Source: a virus
Taxonomy: Duplodnaviria; Caudoviricetes
Direction: 5' to 3' (one strand)
Length of the DNA: 64,000 nucleotides
Virus record (IMG/VR): IMGVR_UViG_3300021091_000011
Shown here: one piece after another, positions 54,387 through 63,681 of the stretch
Layout of the letters: every line of letters starts with the position of its first letter
Position numbering within the stretch: position 1 is the stretch's first letter
Program-made: the position numbers and the translations under genes
The notes under the pieces: model-generated
What the model saw: only the letters and a program-made list of their open reading frames with translations
Databases searched by the model: none
What the model was told of the DNA's origin: nothing

Positions 54387-56012
54387 ATGGGAATACCCTA
54401 CAAAGGCTCCCTAATGTCTGACGCCATTCACGAAAAGTTGCGCCTCGTCCGCGAAAAAGAGGGCATCAATCTACCTCCGTCGCCCTATCTGCGCGAGACG
54501 ATCCGCAATCGTGACGGTTCAGACGGTGCGCCGCTCGTGTTGCGAAACTATCAAAAGCAAATGGTCGTTCATTTGCTCGCCATGAAGCGATTTGTCGTCG
54601 GTGACGACTGTGGTTTAGGGAAAACCCTCAGTTCTATTGCCGCACTTGCTCAAGTGTGGGCCAAAAACCCAAGCGTCAAAGCCGTCGTGTTGACGAAGAA
54701 ATCGTCCGTGTACCAATGGGAATCCGAGTTCCAGCGGTTCACCGATGGTGTGCGCGTTATCGTCGCAGACGGCACGCCGCAGGCCCGAGCAAAGGCACAC
54801 GCAGAGTGGGAAGCGTCGGTCGATCAGCCGACCGTGCTGATTCAGGGCTATACGTCGGCGGGTAACGACTTCGCCCGCGTACAGAATTGGTCCGGCTACA
54901 TACTCATCACCGATGAAGCGACCGTGTTCAAGACGCCCCAAACCCGCACGCACAAGGTCTGCCGCCACTTGGGGGATATGGCCGATAGGGTGTGGGCATT
55001 GACGGCCACGCTCATTAAAAACACGCTGATTGAGGGTTACGGCATCTATCGCGTCGTGGTGCCCGAGTTGTTCCGCATGACGCCGAACGCCTTTCAAAGC
55101 CAATTCAGCATCGTCAAAATGCAACAGGTCGCCCGCAATCGCATGGTGCCCGTCGTCGTCGGCTATCGGGACAGCGACGTTCGACGCTTTCGTGACCTGA
55201 TTGACCCCTATTATCTAGGACGCCCCAAGCACGCCGTTGCGACCGAGTTGCCCGTCTTGGTCACCCGCGACGTCGTCGTTGGCCTTACCGAGTTCCAGAA
55301 GGCTAAATACAAGGAAGCTCTCGACGGCTTGCTCGAAATGGCCGACGGCGATCAAAAGTCGACCGATCAGTTGACGTCGATCATCTACTGCCAAGAAATC
55401 GTCAATCATCCGGCGTTGATTGGGTTTGAGACCTATGATTCGGAGAAGTTAGACGCCTTAGTAGACCTGCTCACCGAAGGCGGCGACTTAGATGGGCAAA
55501 AGACCATCGTGTTCACGCGCTTTCGCACGATGGTAGACGTTGGCGTGAAAGTGCTCGCCAAGCACGGCATCAAGAGTGTGCGCGTCACGGGTTCTGAGGA
55601 CGGCGAGGCTCGTAAAAAGGCCATGCTTGAGTTCCAAGACCCCGATAACGACACGCAGGTTATCTGGATCACCATGGCGGGCGGCGATGCGATCAACCTG
55701 CAAACCGCTAAAGCCCTCGTGTTTTACGATACGCCTTGGAGCGCGGGTGATTACCTGCAAGTGCTCGGACGCATGATTCGCATTGGGTCGAATCACGACC
55801 GCGTGTTCGCGTTGCATCTGGTGTGCAAGGACACGATTGACGAGCGCGTGCAAGAGGTCCGGCGCAAGAAGATGAAGTTGGTCGAGTCGGTGCTCGGGCA
55901 GCGCGTCAAGGGAGAGGGGAGCGAAGCCCCCGATCAAACGTATGACACGACGTCCGAGGTCAAAGACCTGTTCGATGCCCTCCGTAATGACGCACGGAAA
56001 ATCACCCCATGA
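54387..56012 (+). CDS. SNF2-family helicase
   Basis: GDDCGLGKT, ITDEAT, LTATLIKN, IVFTRF, GGDAINLQ, LQVLGRMIRIG. Confidence 0.92.
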   Translation: MGIPYKGSLMSDAIHEKLRLVREKEGINLPPSPYLRETIRNRDGSDGAPLVLRNYQKQMVVHLLAMKRFVVGDDCGLGKTLSSIAALAQVWAKNPSVKAVVLTKKSSVYQWESEFQRFTDGVRVIVADGTPQARAKAHAEWEASVDQPTVLIQGYTSAGNDFARVQNWSGYILITDEATVFKTPQTRTHKVCRHLGDMADRVWALTATLIKNTLIEGYGIYRVVVPELFRMTPNAFQSQFSIVKMQQVARNRMVPVVVGYRDSDVRRFRDLIDPYYLGRPKHAVATELPVLVTRDVVVGLTEFQKAKYKEALDGLLEMADGDQKSTDQLTSIIYCQEIVNHPALIGFETYDSEKLDALVDLLTEGGDLDGQKTIVFTRFRTMVDVGVKVLAKHGIKSVRVTGSEDGEARKKAMLEFQDPDNDTQVIWITMAGGDAINLQTAKALVFYDTPWSAGDYLQVLGRMIRIGSNHDRVFALHLVCKDTIDERVQEVRRKKMKLVESVLGQRVKGEGSEAPDQTYDTTSEVKDLFDALRNDARKITP

Positions 56013-56725
56013 GCGCGAAGCACGATTGCCCCGATTGCGAAGGGTCGGGCATGGTCAGGGTGGGCGAGCCGGACGGCTTGCCGCCTAGATATAGGCGATG
56101 CGAGTGCGTGCTGCGCGAAGACCTATTGGCGAACGCCGACCGCGTGATGCCTGGCTTATCGGTCGCGCCAGCCGTATCCCGAAGCCCGCTTGCCGACAAG
56201 TGGAAGTCGAACCTAATGATCCACGCGCCTGAGCGGTGGTTCAGGTCGCATTTGCGGCACCTTGCGATTCGACGACCGCCCATTTGGGCAGGCCGTGTAG
56301 TATCTGACGCCGACTTGGTTACTTCATGGCTCGCCAGCGTCGCGCTAAAAGGCGACACCATCTTGGACCCTGATTCTCACGGCGTCAGCACCCAATACAT
56401 CACGCTGGCCGATTTAGTCGTGCCGCCCGATTTGCTCGTGATTCGCATGGGCGTCAAAGTCGCGCGTAACGTCGCGGCGAATGAGGTCTTGGCCGAAGCC
56501 ATCATGCTCCGTAAGCACTTGCAGAAACCGACGTGGGTTTGGGCGTTACCCGATTTCCCGCTCGCGCCAGGACATTTGTTCTGGTCCGATGAAGTGGGCC
56601 GAGTAATGTCTGATTTCTTGCAAATCGGCGCGGCGAATGACCAAGCACTTTCCGTAGAGCCTGAAGTCTCAAACAATCCCGTGCCGTCAACAAAAACCAC
56701 GTCGAAAAAGAGGTCGTTGCGGTGA
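56009..56725 (+). CDS. DnaC/IstB-like helicase loader with degenerate ATPase motifs
   Basis: CPDCEGSG...RRCEC zinc motif; PDLLVIRMG and EAIMLRKHLQKPTW align with the DLLILDDLG and R....KPT pattern; no GxxxxGKT; sits directly upstream of dnaB. Confidence 0.55.
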   Translation: MSAKHDCPDCEGSGMVRVGEPDGLPPRYRRCECVLREDLLANADRVMPGLSVAPAVSRSPLADKWKSNLMIHAPERWFRSHLRHLAIRRPPIWAGRVVSDADLVTSWLASVALKGDTILDPDSHGVSTQYITLADLVVPPDLLVIRMGVKVARNVAANEVLAEAIMLRKHLQKPTWVWALPDFPLAPGHLFWSDEVGRVMSDFLQIGAANDQALSVEPEVSNNPVPSTKTTSKKRSLR

Positions 56726-59484
56726 AAACCCTGCTTAGGTCTATAATCAGGGATCGCAACGATGACGCTGATCTTCTATTTCGCAACTATCAAGCGTTGC
56801 AGGACGCCAATCTACCGTGTGATATCGCAGAGGACACGGTTATTTGGAAGTTCGTGCAGGACTTCTCGGGACAGTATCATCACGTTCCCGATGCGGCGAC
56901 CGTTCGCGGGCATTTCGCAAGCACGCATCAACTTGAGGTCGTGGACCGTGTGGACAACATCATGGTCCAGACGGCACGCTATCAAGGCGACTTCCTGCGC
57001 TATCTCGAAGGGCGCATTGAAGATCGCCGCGTTCGCACGGTGACCGAAATCTTCCGCGAAGCCGGACGCATTATCGAAGTCGGTATCACGGTCAAAGAGG
57101 GCAAGGAAGAAAAACTCATCCGTGGCCCCATGCAAGCCATTCGCTACGTCATGGACCGTGGGCACGAAATCGTCACGCCGAGCACGGGCGTCAAACTCAC
57201 AGGTGACGTGACCGCTGACGGCGACGCTTTCGTTCGGGAAATCGAGCGCATCGAAGCCGATCCTTTGGCGGGCATCGGGCAGTTTTCGGGCATTGACCAA
57301 ATGGACCGTGCGCTGCGCGGTGCAAAGCGTGGCGAGTTGTGGACCCACACGGCTTTCACGGGCGGCATGAAGTCTACGCTCGCGCTGAATTGGCTGTATA
57401 ACCAAGCGGTCTACTACAAGCACTCGAACATCCTATACTCGTTGGAAATGCCCTATCCGCAGGTGCGCCGCATCTTGTACGCGATGCACAGTTTCCACGA
57501 AAAGTTTGACGACGTTCGCAAGAACTTGGGCATCAAGCGATGCGTGCCGTACCAGAAAATCCGTGACGGCGAGATGACCCCCGCCGAGCGCGAGTTCATG
57601 GTTCAGTATGTAGTGAAGGACTTTAACGACCCCGCTAATCAATATGGGTCGATTCACATTGAGGTCGCGGACCCTGACAAGTCTGATTTCACGGTCATCG
57701 ACCTGCGAAACAAAGCCGAGTTGCTGCGCGCAAAAGACCCCTCGATTTCAATGATCGTCGTCGACCACGCAGGTTTGATGGCCCCGCGCAATCGTCAGCC
57801 GTCTACTACTGAGCGATTGAACGAGGTCGTGCGTGACCTAAAGCGGTTGTCCATGAGTTTCGACCGTGGCGCGGGCATCGCCGTACTAAACCTGTTTCAG
57901 ATTTCGCGTGAAGGCTACAAAGCCGCCGAAAAAGGCGGCGGTTCATACAACCTCACGCATTTATCTTACGCCAACGAATGTTGTAAGTATTCGGAATCAT
58001 TGATGTTTTCTCGCGGCCTATTGCCTATCTGCGAATCGGTCGTTGGGGATAGGGTTTGGTCGGCTTCAGGTTGGAAGCCCGTGTTGGCGGTCTTCCCGAA
58101 GGGTTCCCGACCGACGTGGCTTTTGACGACGAATCGTGGCGCTGAGTTTGAATGCACCGAGAACCATCGTGTTCGCGTGTTGCGCGACGAGCGGGTTGAT
58201 TGGGAGTACATCGGCAACCTGCGGGCGGGCGACTACGTTCTCGGGACGCGCGGGGATTACCCCTTTGCGACGGACGTTCCTAAGTTGGATACGCCGTGGG
58301 GTTCTACTACGCACATGACGCTAGACTTGGCCTATCTTTTGGGCGCGTGGCATGGTGACGGTCGTGTGCGTCCGAACAGCGTAGGGTTCACGGGCAATCG
58401 TTCTGAGCAAGCCCTAGAGAATCGAATCGCAACCACACTTGAGCGTGTTCACGGCGAGAAGAAGGTTTCCCGCTATCATGCCAAGAGCCGTGCGGGTTCC
58501 TTCGACCTTGAACTCTACGACACCGCTTTCAAGCATTGGTTTGAAGGCATCGCCGGAGACAGGGGCGTGGCAATCCCTCGATTGATCCTGCAAAGCCCTA
58601 AGTCGTTCGTCTTGGCTTTCCTTCAGGGGTTGTTCGATACCGACGGCTGGATCACGAATCAAGGCGTGTTGGGCGTCAAAATGGCCCGCAAGTCTGAGGG
58701 GCTACTGCGCGGTATTCAGACGCTATTCACGGCCCTTGGCTATGATTCTTCTCTGAGCGCACGGTCAGATACGCTTGCGACCACGGGCAAGGCGTATGGC
58801 AGCGTCACGCTCCGACTGCGAGGGCGTGAATCTCTTATCAAGTTCGCGTCGGACATTCATTTCACGGAAAAGGCCAAAGCCGAAAGGCTGGATAGCCTCG
58901 CCGCTTGCCCGACGAAAGACAAGCGCGTGTATCCGGTTTCAAATGCCTTTATGCGCGTGTACCGCGCTGTTTTCCCGCGCCAGCATTCTAAGAAAGGTGA
59001 GAATCAAGACCGCCAGCCTTTGTGGAAGTCGGTCGGCGTCGCCAAAAGTAAGCGTCTGGTATCTCACGACGACATTGAGGCATTGTTGCAAGCCGCAAAT
59101 GCGCGCGGAGTCAACGTCCCCGATGTTGATCTCTTGGCAACCGTGCTGCGGCTTCATGTAGTGAAGATCGTTTCGTGTTCTCCGACGGGGCGCGAAGAAC
59201 AGGTTTGGGATATCGAAGTCGATGGGGACCACGAGTATCAAACGGGTCCGCTTCTCTCACACAACTGCGAGCGGTCGTCAGACATTGTGACCGCCGCTTG
59301 GATTGACGAAGAACTGCGAAGCAAAAACGTCCTGCGGCTTCAATGCCTCAAGGCCCGTGACGATAAGCCCTTCGATCCGTTTTACGCAGGCGTCGTGTTC
59401 GATTGCCGCCGCATACACACGGCGTATGATATCACCATCGAGCGCGCTCAACAGGCGGGTAACGAGATCGATCTTGGCGTCTGA
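56722..59484 (+). CDS. dnaB: DnaB-like replicative helicase with an intein
   Basis: GELWTHTAFTGGMKST, YSLEM, IVVDHAGLM, QISREG, LSYANE|CERSSDIV, KARD. Confidence 0.9.
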   Translation: MKTLLRSIIRDRNDDADLLFRNYQALQDANLPCDIAEDTVIWKFVQDFSGQYHHVPDAATVRGHFASTHQLEVVDRVDNIMVQTARYQGDFLRYLEGRIEDRRVRTVTEIFREAGRIIEVGITVKEGKEEKLIRGPMQAIRYVMDRGHEIVTPSTGVKLTGDVTADGDAFVREIERIEADPLAGIGQFSGIDQMDRALRGAKRGELWTHTAFTGGMKSTLALNWLYNQAVYYKHSNILYSLEMPYPQVRRILYAMHSFHEKFDDVRKNLGIKRCVPYQKIRDGEMTPAEREFMVQYVVKDFNDPANQYGSIHIEVADPDKSDFTVIDLRNKAELLRAKDPSISMIVVDHAGLMAPRNRQPSTTERLNEVVRDLKRLSMSFDRGAGIAVLNLFQISREGYKAAEKGGGSYNLTHLSYANECCKYSESLMFSRGLLPICESVVGDRVWSASGWKPVLAVFPKGSRPTWLLTTNRGAEFECTENHRVRVLRDERVDWEYIGNLRAGDYVLGTRGDYPFATDVPKLDTPWGSTTHMTLDLAYLLGAWHGDGRVRPNSVGFTGNRSEQALENRIATTLERVHGEKKVSRYHAKSRAGSFDLELYDTAFKHWFEGIAGDRGVAIPRLILQSPKSFVLAFLQGLFDTDGWITNQGVLGVKMARKSEGLLRGIQTLFTALGYDSSLSARSDTLATTGKAYGSVTLRLRGRESLIKFASDIHFTEKAKAERLDSLAACPTKDKRVYPVSNAFMRVYRAVFPRQHSKKGENQDRQPLWKSVGVAKSKRLVSHDDIEALLQAANARGVNVPDVDLLATVLRLHVVKIVSCSPTGREEQVWDIEVDGDHEYQTGPLLSHNCERSSDIVTAAWIDEELRSKNVLRLQCLKARDDKPFDPFYAGVVFDCRRIHTAYDITIERAQQAGNEIDLGV
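57979..59265 (+). mobile_element. Intein (429 aa) with a LAGLIDADG endonuclease in DnaB
   Basis: Starts CCKYSES; block B CTENH; LAYLLGAWHGDG and FLQGLFDTDG; ends LSHN followed by Cys. Confidence 0.93.
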
Positions 59485-60037
59485 GTCCCGATCCCTCAAG
59501 CGGGCGAACCGCATAAGGGAGCAGATACCTATGACGCGCGTGTTGGCCGAATACGGCTACCGCGTCAACCCCGAAGGTAACGACCACGAGCAACAATTCT
59601 CGTGCGACTTACACGGTGACGGGCGGGACAACAAGAAATCAGCGCGCTACTACCCTTCATCGAACTCGATGTATTGTTGGGCGTGTGGCCGAGCCCGCGA
59701 CAGCATTACGCTGGTGCGTGAGAAAAACGGCATCGGCTTTCACGAAGCCGTGACGTGGCTCGAAAAGCACTACGGTTTGCCCGACTTGCCTTGGGAAGTC
59801 GAAGAACAACCCAAGGCCGTAGAGATACAGACAGAGCGGGTCTCACCGCCAAACGAAGGCGTGAAGCGTTTAGGGCGCGCACTTGCGATTGCTACGCAAG
59901 AACGATCCATGCCCGTCGAACGATTAGCGGCGTTTTGGGAGGCACATGACGCCCTCGCACATAAACTGCACGAGGGCGTTGACATCATCGGCTTGCCCGA
60001 ACAAGCACTCGCTAAACTACACCAAGATCAATCCTGA
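59474..60037 (+). CDS. Stand-alone primase CHC2 zinc-binding-domain protein
   Basis: RIREQIPMTRVL...FSCDLHGD..DNKKS...MYCWACG...DSITLV...GFHEAVTWL; no TOPRIM domain; TTG start inferred. Confidence 0.75.
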   Translation: MASESRSLKRANRIREQIPMTRVLAEYGYRVNPEGNDHEQQFSCDLHGDGRDNKKSARYYPSSNSMYCWACGRARDSITLVREKNGIGFHEAVTWLEKHYGLPDLPWEVEEQPKAVEIQTERVSPPNEGVKRLGRALAIATQERSMPVERLAAFWEAHDALAHKLHEGVDIIGLPEQALAKLHQDQS

Positions 60038-60073
60038 CGTTCTCGCGCAGGTATTTCACGAAAGCAAACACAC

Positions 60074-60703
60074 TTGGCAAACTCAGTCGAACTACTTGGA
60101 TTCTACGGCAGCGACGAAACCCATGCGCTTAGTGCTTGGACGTCAACCTCGCGCGATTTGCCGGACGAAAAACGCAACCGCATCGGCGCGTTGCTTGCTA
60201 AACTCGCCAAAGATGGGCACTTGACGCCGTTCGAGAAGTCCAGCCTGCATTTCTTGGTGACGAGCGATATTGCTTCGCATATACACCTGCTCAAGCATCG
60301 CATTGGAATTAGCCTGAACTCAGAATCGGCCAGATACAAAGAACTGAAAGACGACAAGGCGCACGTCCCGAGCGATTGGCCGAAGCACTTGCAGGAGAAA
60401 CTAGAAGCCCATGCGCGGGATAGTTTCGCGCTCTATCATTGGGCGGTGCGTGAGTTGGAGATCGAAGGCATGACCCGCAAGCGGGCGAAAGAATCGGCGC
60501 GGTTTTTCTTGCCCTACGCGAATCAAATCACTTGCGACGTCATGTTCAATTGGCGGTCGTTCGCGCATTTCTTGGCGCTGCGAAACAAGCCCGATGCTCA
60601 AGTCGAGATTAGAGACCTCGCCGCCGAAATGCTCCGATTGGTCGAAGCGACGGGCGCTTTTCCGCTGACGATTGCAGCGTTGCGTGAAGCACGCCAGATT
60701 TGA
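60074..60703 (+). CDS. thyX: Flavin-dependent thymidylate synthase
   Basis: GHLTPFE, HLLKHRIGISLNSESARY, ARFFLP, NWRSFAHFLALR...AQVEIR. Confidence 0.92.
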   Translation: MANSVELLGFYGSDETHALSAWTSTSRDLPDEKRNRIGALLAKLAKDGHLTPFEKSSLHFLVTSDIASHIHLLKHRIGISLNSESARYKELKDDKAHVPSDWPKHLQEKLEAHARDSFALYHWAVRELEIEGMTRKRAKESARFFLPYANQITCDVMFNWRSFAHFLALRNKPDAQVEIRDLAAEMLRLVEATGAFPLTIAALREARQI

Positions 60704-60737
60704 CGGCGTTAGACGGATTATCGACCATTTTTAAGAA

Positions 60738-62105
60738 ATGGCGATGAAGCCATACCCTCTCTTCAGAAATGGACTTGCGATGAAACTCACGCCCAACCTC
60801 AAAAAGTTCTTTGATTTGCTTAAGACGCTCGATGAAGTTGCGTTTTCGATTAAAACCGATGACATAATCAAAGAAGCCTCTAAAAAATGTGATTTCGATC
60901 ATCTTCCTGAGAGATGGGATGATTATCTTGATAAGCAAGAGAAATATTTTTATGATGATGGGGATGGATATGAACTTATTGATAGTCTTTTAGTTGAGAA
61001 ACCTCAATTGAAAGCCCTCTCTAACGCTATCCATGATCCCGATGAAGACCCCGATTATACTGTTTTGGATTGGATCTATGATAACGCAGATGATTTTAGT
61101 GGGTTTTACATCCCTAATTTATTTGATAGGCTAAGGAGAGACTCGAAACTCGAAGAGGAGTATGAGGGTTATCTCTCTGATGCTATGAGAGATTGTCACC
61201 AGGACGCAGAAGAAAGTAGAGACCCTTACGGCTATCGTGGTCTGAGCCGTTCTATGTTCTATGCTTCGCGTAAAGTCGCCGCTTCTGACCGTTCGGCGCT
61301 GATCCGCTTGGCCTCTAGTCTGCCCGCTGGTTCGCCTGAGCGTAGGGCTATTTTGACCGGACTTCAAGCGTCAAGCAAGAAGGCTTCTGGCGGGGTCTAC
61401 AAAGGCAATTATAACATTCCTGGCAAACACATCTTGGGTCCAAACGCCGATGTGTCCGAAAACGCCATGGTAGCCCAAGACGCCCTGGTGTGGGACAACG
61501 CCAAGGTGTTCAACGGAGCCTTTGTGTTCGACAATGCTAAGGTGTTCGGAAATGCCAAGGTATACGGCGACGCCTGGGTTGGCGGTAGAGCCCATGTGTA
61601 CGGCAAAGCCGAGGTGTATGACATAGCCAAAGTGTTCGGCAACGTCAAGGTGTACGGCAACGTCAAGGTGTACGGCAAAGCCAAGGTGCGCGACAAAGCC
61701 AAGGTGTCCGGAAGAGCCCAGGTGTCTGACAACGCCGAGGTGTACGGCACGGCTCATGTGGGAGAAAGAGCCTATGTGGAGGGCAACGCCAAGGTGTACG
61801 GCGACGCCTGGGTGTCCGGTGACGCCTATGTGTTCGGCAACGCCGAGGTGAGCGGCAACGCCAAGGTGCTCGGCAACGCCGGGGTGTACGACAACGCCAT
61901 TGTGGGCGGCGACGCCCAGGTGTACGGCAATGCCGTGGTGTACGGCAACGCCGAGGTGAGAGGCAAAGCCGAGGTGTACGGCGAAGCCAAATGCTTCGGC
62001 AAAGCCCGAATCGGTGGTAATGCGATTATCCTCGGCGGCGAATGGGACGGAAGCGAGGGCGCGGTCACTTCCGGTACTTGGCGAGGTCCAGGCGTTCCTG
62101 CCTGA
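60738..62105 (+). CDS. Chimeric protein: AT-rich acidic domain, internal leader, hexapeptide (LbH) repeat domain
   Basis: Residues from about 60780 to 61210 are encoded in visibly AT-rich DNA; internal SRKVAASDRSALIRLASSLPAGSPERRAILTGLQASSKKAS; (VYGNAK)n repeats. Confidence 0.8.
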   Translation: MAMKPYPLFRNGLAMKLTPNLKKFFDLLKTLDEVAFSIKTDDIIKEASKKCDFDHLPERWDDYLDKQEKYFYDDGDGYELIDSLLVEKPQLKALSNAIHDPDEDPDYTVLDWIYDNADDFSGFYIPNLFDRLRRDSKLEEEYEGYLSDAMRDCHQDAEESRDPYGYRGLSRSMFYASRKVAASDRSALIRLASSLPAGSPERRAILTGLQASSKKASGGVYKGNYNIPGKHILGPNADVSENAMVAQDALVWDNAKVFNGAFVFDNAKVFGNAKVYGDAWVGGRAHVYGKAEVYDIAKVFGNVKVYGNVKVYGKAKVRDKAKVSGRAQVSDNAEVYGTAHVGERAYVEGNAKVYGDAWVSGDAYVFGNAEVSGNAKVLGNAGVYDNAIVGGDAQVYGNAVVYGNAEVRGKAEVYGEAKCFGKARIGGNAIILGGEWDGSEGAVTSGTWRGPGVPA

Positions 62106-62143
62106 ATCCCTAGCCTAGAACAATCAAGAAGGTTTGATCTCCC

Positions 62144-62311
62144 ATGCGTACTTTGACCGCCTCTGACCGTTCTGCTTTGATCAAGTTGGCCGCAAGCCTG
62201 CCTGCTGGATCACCCGAGCGCAAGGCTTGGACGAGGCGACGAAGCATGATGTCATCGCGGGCGTTGAAGAGCGATCCGCGTTCGGCGCTGAGAAATACGG
62301 CCAAGTGCTGA
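62144..62311 (+). pseudogene. Leader stub out of frame with the downstream gene
   Basis: MRTLTASDRSALIKLAASLPAGSPERKA, then the frame runs into an unnatural tail. Confidence 0.7.
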
Positions 62312-62454
62312 TGAGCCGTGACGGGCGTGATTCGGTGAACGATGCGGTGCAGGAGTTGATTGACGCTTTGCAATACGTTCAAGCAGCCCGCATGAAAGAA
62401 CAGGACTTAGGGATCATCAAGCCTTACCTGGCGTTGCTGACCCGATTGGTCTGA
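62227..62454 (+). CDS. Conserved small phage protein (KYG..L...GRD...DA..E..D motif)
   Basis: EKYGQVLMSRDGRDSVNDAVQELIDALQY; TTG start overlapping the leader stub. Confidence 0.6.
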   Translation: MDEATKHDVIAGVEERSAFGAEKYGQVLMSRDGRDSVNDAVQELIDALQYVQAARMKEQDLGIIKPYLALLTRLV

Positions 62455-62532
62455 TCGGTCTGACGGTAGACCGATTATCACCCGCTAGAAGGCAAATAGC
62501 GCGAAGTCGCTAAACCTCTTCTAGGGTTTTGT

Positions 62533-62961
62533 GTGAACATACGAGTGAGTGCCAAGCGCGTAGCCATCGCCCGCATGGAGGTTGAGGGGCTTATCGCTGA
62601 CAATACTGTCGGAAAAGTGCTGCGTCTCTATGCAGGTTGCTCGGACGTCTATATTGACGCGAAGGGCTACACGCTCAAGATTACGGCAGTCAAAGCCGAG
62701 TCGATTTGGGATGCTTATCAGGCCGAACTCGAAGAAGAGGGCTTGTTTCTCGGTTTGATGGGCCGGAAACCCCGAGGCAATCTTCATGAGATGATTCTTC
62801 AGAGGCTAACGAAACGCACCGTGTTCGCGTTGACGGAGGCTTTTGGCTTGAGGTTTCGTTTAGGCGAAGTGAACTTTGCGGATTTCGAGCGCACGCACAA
62901 CCTACCTTTCGAGGCCGAATTCAAGCCCGAGGATTTAGGCCGCATCCTTTTGACGTTTTGA
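62533..62961 (+). CDS. Hypothetical protein
   Basis: 142-aa ORF with ordinary composition. Confidence 0.6.
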   Translation: MNIRVSAKRVAIARMEVEGLIADNTVGKVLRLYAGCSDVYIDAKGYTLKITAVKAESIWDAYQAELEEEGLFLGLMGRKPRGNLHEMILQRLTKRTVFALTEAFGLRFRLGEVNFADFERTHNLPFEAEFKPEDLGRILLTF

Positions 62962-63108
62962 TCGGGGAAAAATGCCCTATCAAAGTTCACGGGCATCTTT
63001 TCAACATGGATTTGATTACCATGCGTAAGTTGATTTCTGCCGATCTTATCGACGAACTTCGCCGTTTGCGATTCAAAGTTCGTTTCGACAAGGCCGACAA
63101 GTCTATCG

Positions 63109-63681
63109 TTATTTCTTGAGCAAGTAACGCTTCACGATTTCGTCCGAGTAAACCAAGTCACTCGGCCAATGCCAACCGCCCATCATTCGCGTTTGGCTTA
63201 CCCAATCCACGGCCTCTACTAGCGCAGCCCTCTTCGCAGGGTTCGCCCTAGCAGCGATGCCTGCTACGACGCCCGCCTGAATCGTATGGCCCGAAGGATA
63301 CGAAGGGCTGTGCGCCGTCGTAGACTCCATCGTCGTAAAGTCCGTGTGCGCTAATAAGGGCATGACCTGAAAAGGTCGCGCACGGTTGTAGTGCCATTTG
63401 ATGCGGACGATGACGGGCAATAAGTCACGGACGACCATGCGTGCAGCGACCCTGAACTCTAGCGTCGCGTCGGCACCTAAAGCCTCGTACACGGTCACCA
63501 AAGGGTCCGTGTCTATCGCCATGATCGAATCACGATAAGCGTCACGTTCGCTCATCGCTTTAAGCATGGCGTCAGCCTCAACCGAAAAATCAGGCGGGTC
63601 GATCAGCGGCACCCAACGCGGCACGGTTGGGCACTTCGCCATTTGACGAGCCTGTTCATCGGTGAGGCTTCCGTAGATCAT
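63109..63681 (-). CDS. PAP2 / vanadium-haloperoxidase-type phosphatase
   Basis: KWHYNRARP (KxxxxxxRP), SYPSGH, TRMMGGWHWPSD (SRxxxxxHxxxD). Confidence 0.88.
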   Translation of the reverse strand: MIYGSLTDEQARQMAKCPTVPRWVPLIDPPDFSVEADAMLKAMSERDAYRDSIMAIDTDPLVTVYEALGADATLEFRVAARMVVRDLLPVIVRIKWHYNRARPFQVMPLLAHTDFTTMESTTAHSPSYPSGHTIQAGVVAGIAARANPAKRAALVEAVDWVSQTRMMGGWHWPSDLVYSDEIVKRYLLKK

